The notes under the pieces were generated by a model. The model searched no databases and had not been told where the DNA came from. It saw only the letters and a list, made by a program, of their open reading frames with translations. Shown here piece by piece: positions 21,208 to 30,587 of a stretch of DNA of 64,000 bases; position 1 is the first letter of the stretch; each line of letters opens with the position of its first letter. This DNA comes from Kofleriaceae bacterium (lineage in GTDB: Bacteria; Myxococcota_A; Polyangia; Haliangiales; Haliangiaceae): NCBI GenBank assembly GCA_964203225.1, contig CAXNMK010000002.1, positions 737,664-801,663 of the forward strand. The letters are read 5' to 3'. The position numbers and the translations under genes were made by a program.

Positions 21208-22971
21208 ATGCTCATGCGACCGTCCGCAGACATCCGCGCTCCTGGCATCTACCAGAGCTTTGACTCGGTGGCTCCGCCGCCGCTGTCGATCTCCAATACC
21301 CGCATCGCGGGGTTCGTCGGCGTGACCCAGAAGGGTCCGATGAACGAGGCGACGCGGCTCCAGAACTGGGACGAGTTCATCGAGATCTTCGGCTACACCG
21401 ACGACTCGTACACGTCGAACGCGGTGTACGGGTTCTTCAAGAACGGCGGCAGCGACTGCTGGGTGGTGCGGATCGCTCACACCGCCCCGCAGGGGGAGCT
21501 GCCCGGCATGGAGCACGCCTCTCTCGCCGAACACGTCCAGGTCGATGGCTGGAGCAAGGCGTCGCTCCGCATCTGCGCGCTCAACGAAGGCGCGTGGGGC
21601 AACTCGATCTGGTTCCGGTGCGCGCACGCGCCGGGTGCCCAGGCGCTGCTGACCCGCGATCTCGACATCGGCTCCGGAGAGGCGCACGTCAACTCGACGC
21701 GCGGCTTCGAGGTCGGCTCCCTGGTCCGGGTCTATGACCGCGAGAACTCCGACTACATCGTCATCACCGAGATCGCGGACAAGCTGGTCAAGTGGGCGTC
21801 CGCGACTCCGGTCAACCGCCGACATCGCGCTGCGGCGCCGACCCACCTCGAGGTCCTGACGTTCGAACTCCACGTCGCCCTCAAGGATCGCCGGGAGGTG
21901 TTCAAGGACCTCCAGATGCACCCGTCGTCGCGCAACTACGCGCCGCGGGTGGTCTCGCAGCGGTCCCGCCTGGTGCGCCTCGAGGATCTCCAGACCAAGT
22001 CGCCCGTCCCGCACAACCTCCCCGGCGTGATGCCGTTGACCCGGCTTGGCGGCGGGCGCGACGGCATCGAGCACCTGGCCCCCGAGGACTTCATCGGCCT
22101 CGATCTCGGGCCGGGGGAGCGCACGGGCCTGCTGGCGCTCGCCGCGCTCGAGGAGGTGTCCACGCTCGCGGTGCCGGACGCGATGAAGATCTACGAGCGC
22201 GAGCCCGGTCCCCTTGGCGAGCTCAAGGCCCAGCGGCTGCAGGACCAGCTGATCTCGATCTGCGAGAACCAGAAGGATCGGTTCGCGATCCTCGACATCC
22301 CGCAGAGCAAGGACATCGAGTGGGTCCGGCGCTGGCGCCGCCGCACCGACTCGTCGTACTGCGCCTACTACTGGCCGTGGCTGCGGGCCGTGGGGCACGA
22401 CGAGCAGATCCGCAACGTCCCGCCGTCCGGCTACCTGGCCGGGCTGTATGCCCAGCGGGACCTGGAAGGGGTGCACCACGCCCCTGCCAACCTGCCCATC
22501 GAGGGTGTGGAGGATGTCGCCCTTCGGATCACCGAGGACCACATCGGCCTCCTGAACAGCGAGGCCGTGAACACGTTCCGGATCCAGCGTGGTGTCCGGC
22601 CGTGGGGGGCGCGCACGGCGTCCTCGGATCCACAGTGGCGATACGTGCCAATCCGCAGGCTTTTCATCATGTTACGGCGCTCGCTCGAGGCCGGGTTCGC
22701 GTGGGTCTCGTTCGAGCCCAACAATCCCCGGACCTGGGATCTTGTCAAGGACCGGACCGATACCTTCCTGGCGGATCTCCTCGCGCGGGGAATGCTCGCC
22801 GGAGGGAATGCCGAACAGGCGTTCTTCGTAAGATGCGATGCGGAGAACAATCACCCCGAGCAGGTGGATAGCGGCCTCCTGATTTGCGACATCGGGGTGG
22901 CACCGGTCGCGCCCGCTGAATTCATCATGATCTCGCTCGTTCAGACGATGACTGGTCCCAGCACTCCTTAA
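21208..22971 (+). CDS. Contractile tail sheath protein (Afp3/4-like long paralog), 587 aa
   Basis: N-terminal APGIYQSFD... and a C-terminal WGARTASSDPQWRYVPIRRLFIM...AFFVRCDAENN block homologous to the 18055 sheath. Confidence 0.85.
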   Translation: MLMRPSADIRAPGIYQSFDSVAPPPLSISNTRIAGFVGVTQKGPMNEATRLQNWDEFIEIFGYTDDSYTSNAVYGFFKNGGSDCWVVRIAHTAPQGELPGMEHASLAEHVQVDGWSKASLRICALNEGAWGNSIWFRCAHAPGAQALLTRDLDIGSGEAHVNSTRGFEVGSLVRVYDRENSDYIVITEIADKLVKWASATPVNRRHRAAAPTHLEVLTFELHVALKDRREVFKDLQMHPSSRNYAPRVVSQRSRLVRLEDLQTKSPVPHNLPGVMPLTRLGGGRDGIEHLAPEDFIGLDLGPGERTGLLALAALEEVSTLAVPDAMKIYEREPGPLGELKAQRLQDQLISICENQKDRFAILDIPQSKDIEWVRRWRRRTDSSYCAYYWPWLRAVGHDEQIRNVPPSGYLAGLYAQRDLEGVHHAPANLPIEGVEDVALRITEDHIGLLNSEAVNTFRIQRGVRPWGARTASSDPQWRYVPIRRLFIMLRRSLEAGFAWVSFEPNNPRTWDLVKDRTDTFLADLLARGMLAGGNAEQAFFVRCDAENNHPEQVDSGLLICDIGVAPVAPAEFIMISLVQTMTGPSTP

Positions 22972-22980
22972 GGAGCCCTC

Positions 22981-23433
22981 ATGGCACCCAAGCCCGGCAC
23001 CCGCAAAGATCCGCTCCCCGTATTCTGCTTCCATGTCGAGCTCAACCTCGACGGCGGTGCGCCCGAAGCCGCGTTCTTCAAGAGCGTCAGCGGGCTCAAG
23101 ATGGAGACCGAGGTTATCTCCGTCCCCGAGGGTGGGACCAACCACACGACGTACCAGCTGGTCGGCAAGACCAAGTGGTCCAACATCGTGCTCAAGCAGG
23201 GCTTCACCGGCTCGTCCGCGCTGCTCAAGTGGCGCCAGGACTGGCTGAGCGGCAAGCGGACCCGTGTCAACGGCCAGATCATCCAGCTCAACACCGCGCT
23301 GCAGAAGGTGACGAGCTGGAAGTTCTTCGAGGGCTGGCCCGTGAAGTGGGAGATCTCCGAGTTCGACGCGAGCAAGAGCGAGCTGTCGATCGAGACGCTC
23401 GAGATCGCGCACGAGTGCCTCGAGCAGGCGTAG
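22981..23433 (+). CDS. Tail tube protein (Afp1/5-like), 150 aa
   Basis: LPVFCFHVELNLDGGAPEAAFFKSVSGLKMETEVISVPEGGTNHTTYQLVGKTKWSNIVLKQGF matches the tube-protein (gp19/Hcp-fold) family. Confidence 0.8.
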   Translation: MAPKPGTRKDPLPVFCFHVELNLDGGAPEAAFFKSVSGLKMETEVISVPEGGTNHTTYQLVGKTKWSNIVLKQGFTGSSALLKWRQDWLSGKRTRVNGQIIQLNTALQKVTSWKFFEGWPVKWEISEFDASKSELSIETLEIAHECLEQA

Positions 23434-23448
23434 CGGCAGCCAGGATCC

Positions 23449-26400
23449 ATGACCACCATCAACGAACCCCGCGCGCTCTCGGCGGCCCTGTCCGGGCCGA
23501 CGTTTCACACCCGTGGCGCCGATCGGGCGATGCACGTCGCCAACCGTCACGTCGAGCGCTGGGCGCCCGAGACGGGTGCCTCGCGCGTGCGCTCGATGAG
23601 CTCGCTCGGCTTCGTTGATCGCCTGGTCGCACCCTGGATCGAGACGGCGCAGCGCTCCGCATCGATGCGGCTGTTCCAGCAGTACACCCGCACCGGCGCC
23701 GGCGAGCGCGAGGGCGGGGCGGTGTCGTGGGTGTTCCCGCGCCCCTGGTACCAGGACGAGCTGGACTGGATGACCGCCGCTCGGCAGGTCCAGACCACCA
23801 CTCAGGAGGAGCAGGGCCCGGCGCCGAGCCTCCTCACCACGCGCGGGACCTACGTCCCGCCTGCGACCGCGTCGACGTCGATCATGCCGGCGGCGCTCTA
23901 CGAGTACGTGGCGCCGTCGTTGTCGATTGCTACGCCGGCCGCGCAGGACCGGATCTCCGGCGTGGGCCACGGTGGCTCCTACGCCGACGCCTACTCTCCG
24001 CTGGTCTCACTCGCCGCGGTTCAGGCCGCGCACGTGATGTCCCGCACCGTCGGCGCGTTCGCCGGCCGTACCGGTGATCCCGGCGCGTCGCGCATGGCGC
24101 CCGCGCTGCGCAGCGTCCTCGCCACGATGCTCGCGCGCGCAGCCCGTGGCCCCGACGCCCCCGAGCCCACCCGCGCCGCGCGGTTCGCGCCCGAGTTGAG
24201 TACTCCTCCAGCGCCGCGCGCCGATCGTGAGACCCCTGACGCGGTCGAGGCCCATGGGGCCGCCGAGGCGAGCGAGCCGGCGAGCCCGTCCGCACAGCTC
24301 GCGGACCAGTACGCCGAGCAGCGCGCCCAGATCGTCGAGCTCGAGCGGCTTGCGCGCCGGACCGCCGCCTCAACGCTGTCGACCAGTGCACCCGAGGCGT
24401 CGTTGGTTGCGCCCGACGCTCGCACCGCCGAGGTGTCCGCCGCGCGGACCGCCGAGGCTCACACCGCGGAGGCTCGTGTTGCTGCCGCCGTGACCGCGGA
24501 TGCCCGGACCACCGAAGAGCGCGCGATCGAGCGCGCCGAGACCCGTGTCCGCGAGCGCACCGAGGTCGAGCAGCGCGAGCGCACCGAGGAGCGCGTCCGC
24601 GCCGTCGACGCGCAGCGCCGCGTGGTCCAGCAGGTCCAGGCCGAGCAGGTCGAGAGCAGCCGCGCGGACGGCCTTCGCGGTAAGGTCCGACTGCACGAGC
24701 AGGCGCGCGCCGCCGCCGCCACCCATGCCCGCTCGCTCGGTGATGTGCCGTCGAGTGCAGCACGTCCGAGCGAGGCGCCTGTCGAGCGCGTGGCCGAGAT
24801 GCGGGCGCCGGCCGAGGTTGCGGCTGCGATCGCCGCGCTGCCGCCCCAGCTCCAGAGCTTCCTGGGCCAGCGCCCGGGGCGAGCGATGGAGGCGATTTCC
24901 GAGCTCCAGGACGTGCTCCGCACCGCCGAGTTGCTTGCCCGCAACTCCGCGTCAGGCGGCACCATGGAGGTCACCCGCGGTCCGCGCATGATGATGCCGG
25001 CCGGCCTCGGTGGCCTGGTCGCCGCCGTCGATCGCGCGCCCCTGCTCGCGCCCGCGCAGGTCCCATTCGCGCAGGCGGCCCCGTCGGCGCAGGCGCCGAT
25101 GGCGCTGACCGCCGCTCCGTCGCGCCGCGACGTGCGCGCGCCTGCGCTGCCCTGGCTCGCCGCGCCGCGCACGAGCGCGCGCGAGCGCCCTGCAGGCCAC
25201 CAGCACGGCGCAGCCCGCCGCGCTGACTCACGTCGCGTGGGCCGATCGCTGGCTCGCCCGGTTCGCCGGTGCGAGCCCGCAGTCCCTCGACGTTCTGCAG
25301 GCGTCTGCGTCAGCCTCGCCGCACGTCCGCATGCAGGCGCTCGCCGCGGCGGCCCCCGGTGAAGTGTTCGTTGCGCCGGTGTTCGACAGCGAGACCGTCC
25401 GGGGCTCGGACCGGGCCCCCGCACGCGACCTGACCGCGTTCACCGGTACGAGCGACGGCCCGATCTCGATGCCGGCGCAGTCCCGCGCGCCGACCTCGGC
25501 AACGACCGTCGCTCCGGCATCGCAGCCAGGTGCGCCGCTTGTCGAGCGCTACGCGGACGACGCCGAGACCCCGGATGACGTGTTCCTGCAGATCGCGGCG
25601 GCCGCCGCGACGCGCCGGACGGCGCCCGCTCGGGGCTTCGCGTCGAGCTCGACGCCCACCTCGACTTCGTTCGCCCCCGACGCCTCGACGGGGTCCCGGG
25701 TTGCCGCGATGGCGGAGCCGTCGCGCGCCACGGTCGCGGACATGGTCGCCCATGGGGCGCCGAGCGCGCCGGGTGCGGGGCTGTCCGCCCAGCTCGCGTC
25801 GTCGCCGTTCGCCGGCGCGCTGCGCCACGTCCTGCCGCTGCCCGCCGCCCCGAGCTTCGACATCCGTGCTCTGTTCGCGGATGGGCTGTCCTCGACCTAC
25901 CTCGCCGGCCTGCTCGCGCCGGCGTCGCACGAGTTCGAGATCGCCAGTTCGGTCACGCCGGCGTTCACCACGCAGGTTCAGGCGCGTGAGCTCGCGGTGA
26001 CCCGCGAGCCCGCCGCGTGGGAAGCGACGTACGTCACCCCTGACCTGCGCGACGTCGATGCTTCCGAGGTCGGTGCGGCCCCGCGGTTTGACGCTGACGC
26101 GGTCGTTGCTGCCGAGATGGCCGCGGTCGCCCAGATCGAGGCGCTGACCAGCTTCGCCACCACCTCCGCGAGTTCGCAGGCCACCTCCACGACCTCACAG
26201 GCCACCGCCGTGGGTTCGCAGGCCACCCCCGGTGAAGGCCCGGGGACGCGCACCGAGACGCTGCTCGCCGCCAGCCCTGAGCTCCGCGCGCTGATCGAGG
26301 CCACGGCGCCGCTGACCACGCTGCGCTCGGCGCTGCTGTCTTGGACCGCGGAGGTCGATGCCGCCGGCGCCCCGATCGCAGGCTCGGCGTCTTCGCCCGT

Positions 26401-28264
26401 GATGGAGGGAACCCGCAGGAGCCCCGTCACGTCGGGCACCGCGCGCGCGATGATCGATGCGATGGCGCTGCCGATGCTCACCGAGACTCCCGACGACAAC
26501 GAGGGCGCCTCCGCGTGGACCTCCCCCGGCATGGTCGGCGGACGCGCACACGCGTGGTCGGTCGCCCAGGAGCGCTCGGCCTCGGATCTGTCTCTCGACT
26601 TCGTGACCCCCGAGATGGTGCTTGCGGCACGCGTCTATGGGCTGGGTCCGGCCGAGGCGGCGCAGGCCGCTCGGCTCGCGCTCGCGGGCCCCGGTCAACT
26701 CACGGCGATGGCCGGCGCCGTCGACCGCACCTTCGTGCAGGCGATGGCCATCGAGGCCGAGCGTCGCCGCGCGGCTGACGAGCCGGCGCGCGGAGAGTTC
26801 GCGGCGTCGTCCACGGTCAACGGCGAGGCGCGGGCGGTGCGCGGCTCCTCCCTCGGGGCGTCGATGCCAGCCGCCTCGCCGCCCGCCATGGCGTTCGGAG
26901 CGGTCGGCGAGCCGCTCGCGAGCGGGCCTCTCGCGACGGCGTACCCGCTGTCGACCGGCGAGCTGGTGGCCACCGTGGCCCGCCCGGCGCTGGGCACGTC
27001 GTCCTTCGGTGTCGCGCGGCGCGCACCGCGCGGCGCGTTCCTGTGGCCCTCGGCCACGATCGCGGCGCTCGGGATGCGCGCGGCGAGCCCGGAGGGCGAG
27101 CAGTCGATGTCGGTCGCGGCGCTCGAGCTCCTGGCGGCCCAAGCGGTCGCCGAGATCGGGACGTTCGCGGCCCTCGGCGAGCACGAGCGGGGCGACTTGG
27201 GCGACGAGGACCGTGCATGGGCAGGCGCCTCGGGTGCCTCCAGCGCCGCGTCCTCGAGCCCGTTCGCGTCTGCTGCGAGCGGCACCGGCGACCTCGCGTC
27301 AGGCATCGCCGCGATGTCATCGCTGGTTGGCGGACCGTCCGGCTCCGTGGCCGGGCGTGACGCAGCGGGCGCCGAGCCCGCAGAGGCTGACGTCCTCGGC
27401 GCAGTCGCGGCCCTGGTGCCGTCCGCGCGTCGCGCACGCTTCGAGGCGATGTACGTCGCCCTCAGCGAGTCGCCGTCTGGCCGCGCGTGGTCTCCGGCCG
27501 CGCGCGCCGCGCGTGCGCTCGCGCTCGCGGGTCGCGGTGACGACGCCCCGACGTCGGCGTACGCACGTGCCGCAGCCGCCTGGGACGTGATGCCGGTTGT
27601 CTACGCCGCGGATGGCCGCCCCCTGGACGGCGGCCTCACCGACGACACGTCCGCCGTCGGTGCGAGCCGCGGCTATGCGAGCAGCGCTCGCGGCCCCAAT
27701 GGCGCGTCTGGCGGTCGAGGTGCACGCGCCGGCGCGTCCGCGCGCGAGGTCGTCGGACCCACGGTCGCGTCCGAGACTCGCCCCGGCCTGGCGGGCCTGT
27801 CGGCCCGAGCCGGCGAGGCGCTCGGCTCGTACGTCAGCCCGGTTGCCGCGGAGGCCTCGCGCCCCGCCGCGCGGGCCGACGCAGAGCCGTCCGTCTATCA
27901 GCGCGCGCCGAGCGCCGCGCAGGAGCTCGTCCGCACCGGGCGGCCGTCCGGTCGCCACGGTGGCGGCGAGGCCGAGATCCCGGCGTGGTTCGAGAAGGCC
28001 GCGCGCAAGATGCTCGACGAGCGCAGCGGCGCGTCGGACGGCATCTCGCTCGCCGAGCTGACACTCGTGTCCGCGGCTCCGGCCTCGCAGGTCGCGGCTT
28101 CGTCGGTGACGGCAGCACCGGCACCGTCGGCCACGCCGGCCGCCGCCACGAAGCCAGGCGATGAACAGGAAGTCGATGTCGACAAGCTCGCCGACGAGAT
28201 CTTCCGTCAGATCATGGTCATGATGGACAGCGCACGCGCACGAAACGGGGAGCCGTACCTATGA
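23449..28264 (+). CDS. Afp14-like Ala-rich tape-measure/tail-length-determination protein, encoded in two frames
   Basis: Very Ala-rich with an internal charged coiled-coil segment (TEERAIERAETRVRERTEVEQRERTEERVRAVDAQRR). ORFs 23449..25362 and 25331..28264 overlap. The first becomes Arg-rich nonsense after ~25175, while the second frame is protein-like from ~25180. This suggests one ~1600-aa product with a frame change, or two genes. Confidence 0.5.
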
Positions 28265-28788
28265 TCCAGAAGCAACCGACCCAGAAGGTGACCCTCGGCA
28301 GCCTCGACACGCCGTCGCTCACGGTCACGGCGCAGTACAATCCTGCTGAACTCTCGGTCGCGCTGAAAGCAGACTGGAAGGCTCCGGCGGGAGCCACCCA
28401 GGCCGGAGCGCAGCAAGGCGGCGCGGGCGCCAGTGGCGGTGGCGACGACGAAATGGCCCTGGAGTTCACCGGGATTGCGCCGCGAGACGTTTCGATCGCC
28501 TTGTTGTTCGATGGCGTCGAGGGGGTGGGCAAGCGCGGCGTCGACGTCTCGAGCCAGGTTGCCATGCTCGAGTTGCTGGCCAGCCCACGTGATCCCAAGG
28601 GGACCACGGAGGACAAGCGTCGCCCGCATCACTGCGTCTTGATCTGGCCCAACACGCTCAAGCTCCAGTGCGTGATTCAGAGCGTGACGACGAACTACCA
28701 GATGTTCGATCACACGGGTAAACCGCTGCGGGCCACGTGCACGGTTGTCCTCAAGGAGACCAAGAAGGTCTCCCGGACGCAGGAGTAG
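28261..28788 (+). CDS. Tube-fold baseplate-proximal protein (Afp5/Pvc5-like tube initiator candidate)
   Basis: 175 aa. TVTAQYNPAELSV and EFTGIAPRDVSIALLFDG motifs as in gp19-fold tube-family proteins. ATGA overlap with the upstream gene. Confidence 0.5.
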   Translation: MIQKQPTQKVTLGSLDTPSLTVTAQYNPAELSVALKADWKAPAGATQAGAQQGGAGASGGGDDEMALEFTGIAPRDVSIALLFDGVEGVGKRGVDVSSQVAMLELLASPRDPKGTTEDKRRPHHCVLIWPNTLKLQCVIQSVTTNYQMFDHTGKPLRATCTVVLKETKKVSRTQE

Positions 28789-28796
28789 GGGGAGCG

Positions 28797-29855
28797 ATGC
28801 CTGCTTCAGCTCCCAACTTCGACGTCGTCGTCAAAGGCGCCGAGATCACGGACGGCCACATCGTCTCGTTCGTGATCGAACGCGACATCAACCAGCCCGA
28901 CATGGCCGCGATCGTGGTGGACAACCAGGACGACGCCTACTCGACAACGTGGTCGATCGGTGACCCGATCGAGATCAAGGTCGGCGACGACAAGAAGCAG
29001 ATCTTCAAGGGCCAGATCATTGGCTTCGAGGGCGTGTACAGCGGCGGTAAGAAGACGACGCTCCTGCTGCGAGCGATGAACGGCATGCATCGGATGCTGC
29101 GCAAGCGGAAATCGATGACGTACACGGACAAGAAGGACAAGGACATCCTGTCCGCGATCTGCAGCGACAACGGGCTGACCCTCGACTACAGCGGCCCCAG
29201 CATCATGTACAAGCACGTCTATCAGCACAATCAGACCGATCTCGAGTTCCTGCGCGCGCGCGCGGCTCGGATCGGCTGTCATGTGTGGTGCGTCGACACG
29301 ACCGTCTATGTGAAAGAGCCGACCTTCGACAAGATGGGCACGCTCGAGCTCAGCGTCGACGAAGGTGGCCTGCTGCGCACGTTCATGCCCCGGATCTCGT
29401 CGGCGAGCGTGGTCAAGAAGGTCACGGTCAAGGGCTGGGATCCCGAGAAGAAGGAGCTGATCGTCGGGCAACAGGCGTCGTTGCCGACCAAGCTCGGCTC
29501 GACGACCGCGGTCGCTGCCAGCGGCGATCTCGCACCCGAGGAGACCTTCACGGTCGATCACCCGATCTGGTCGGTGGAAGAGGCGAAGGCCCTCGCCAAG
29601 GCGCGGGTCCGCGAGCTCAACTTGACCTTCATGACCGCCGAGGCGGAGTGCGGCGGCAACTCCGACGCGGACCTCGGTGAGGTGATCAAGGTGACGGCGA
29701 ACAAGAAGAACAGCGCCGATCCCTTCAACGGCAAGTACTACGTCGTCGGCATCACGCACCGGCAGTCTCAGTCCAAGTCCAAGGCGAGCGGCGCGGCCAA
29801 CGAAGGCGGCTACATCACCACCTACCGGCTCGCGCGCGACGCGCAGAAGGCGTAA
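28797..29855 (+). CDS. Baseplate hub protein, phage late control gene D (gpD)/gp27-like
   Basis: C-terminal FNGKYYVVGITHRQ motif characteristic of gpD/VgrG-hub family proteins. ~350 aa. Confidence 0.7.
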   Translation: MPASAPNFDVVVKGAEITDGHIVSFVIERDINQPDMAAIVVDNQDDAYSTTWSIGDPIEIKVGDDKKQIFKGQIIGFEGVYSGGKKTTLLLRAMNGMHRMLRKRKSMTYTDKKDKDILSAICSDNGLTLDYSGPSIMYKHVYQHNQTDLEFLRARAARIGCHVWCVDTTVYVKEPTFDKMGTLELSVDEGGLLRTFMPRISSASVVKKVTVKGWDPEKKELIVGQQASLPTKLGSTTAVAASGDLAPEETFTVDHPIWSVEEAKALAKARVRELNLTFMTAEAECGGNSDADLGEVIKVTANKKNSADPFNGKYYVVGITHRQSQSKSKASGAANEGGYITTYRLARDAQKA

Positions 29856-29860
29856 CCCGC

Positions 29861-30583
29861 GTGCGCGCCGGCGGGCCCCGCATCCCCACGCTCGACAAGG
29901 TGCAGTACGGACTGCACTACGCGATCGTGTCACAGAACAAGGACCCCGAGAACCTGGACCGGATCAAGGTCCGGTTCCCGTGGCTCGAGCAGGGCGACAA
30001 GGACGAGTCGTACTGGGCCCAGCTGCTGACTCCGATGGAGGGGAAGAAGTTCGGCTGGTACGTGCTGCCGGACGTCGACGATGTCGTGGTGGTGATGTTC
30101 ATCGCCGGTGACGTCGCCCAGCCGGTGATCGTCGGTGGTGTGTGGAGCACCCCCGACTACTCGCCGGAGCCGAACGAGGACGGGAAGAACAACTTCCGCG
30201 GCTACCGGAGCCGCACCGGCAACCGGATGATCTTCGACGACAGCAGCAAGCCGAAGTTCGTCCTCGTCGACAAGTCCTGCAAGAACATGCTCGGCATCGG
30301 CAACATGCCGAAGGATGGCGCCGGGCCAAACGTCGTCGCGATCTACAAGCCCCCGATGTCTGGCGCCGAAGGCGTCTCGATCTCGTCGATGGAGGGCAAG
30401 TTCGAGCTGACCTGCAAGGACGGCAAGCTGACCGTGCAGGCCGGAAAGAACATCAAGATCAACGCGAAGACGACGATCGACGTGAAGGCTGGCACCGACA
30501 TCACGCTCGAGGGGAGCTCGGCAGCGAAGGCTACCTCGAGCTCCCCGTCGCATTACGACGCCCCCAAGATCATGATCGGATAA
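29861..30583 (+). CDS. Spike protein, gpV/gp5 N-terminal OB-fold family (Afp8-like), paralog 1
   Basis: GLHYAIVSQNKDPENLDRIKVRFPWLEQ...YWAQLLTPMEGKKFGWYVLPDVDDVVVVMFIAGDVAQPVIVGGVWS is the conserved gpV/VgrG OB-domain block. Confidence 0.75.
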   Translation: MRAGGPRIPTLDKVQYGLHYAIVSQNKDPENLDRIKVRFPWLEQGDKDESYWAQLLTPMEGKKFGWYVLPDVDDVVVVMFIAGDVAQPVIVGGVWSTPDYSPEPNEDGKNNFRGYRSRTGNRMIFDDSSKPKFVLVDKSCKNMLGIGNMPKDGAGPNVVAIYKPPMSGAEGVSISSMEGKFELTCKDGKLTVQAGKNIKINAKTTIDVKAGTDITLEGSSAAKATSSSPSHYDAPKIMIG

Positions 30584-30587
30584 CCGC

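Noticed and set aside
21028-22542. 504-aa minus-strand ORF antisense to sheath 2
   Set aside because: Low-complexity Arg/Asp/Val composition. The sense-strand sheath homology is unambiguous.
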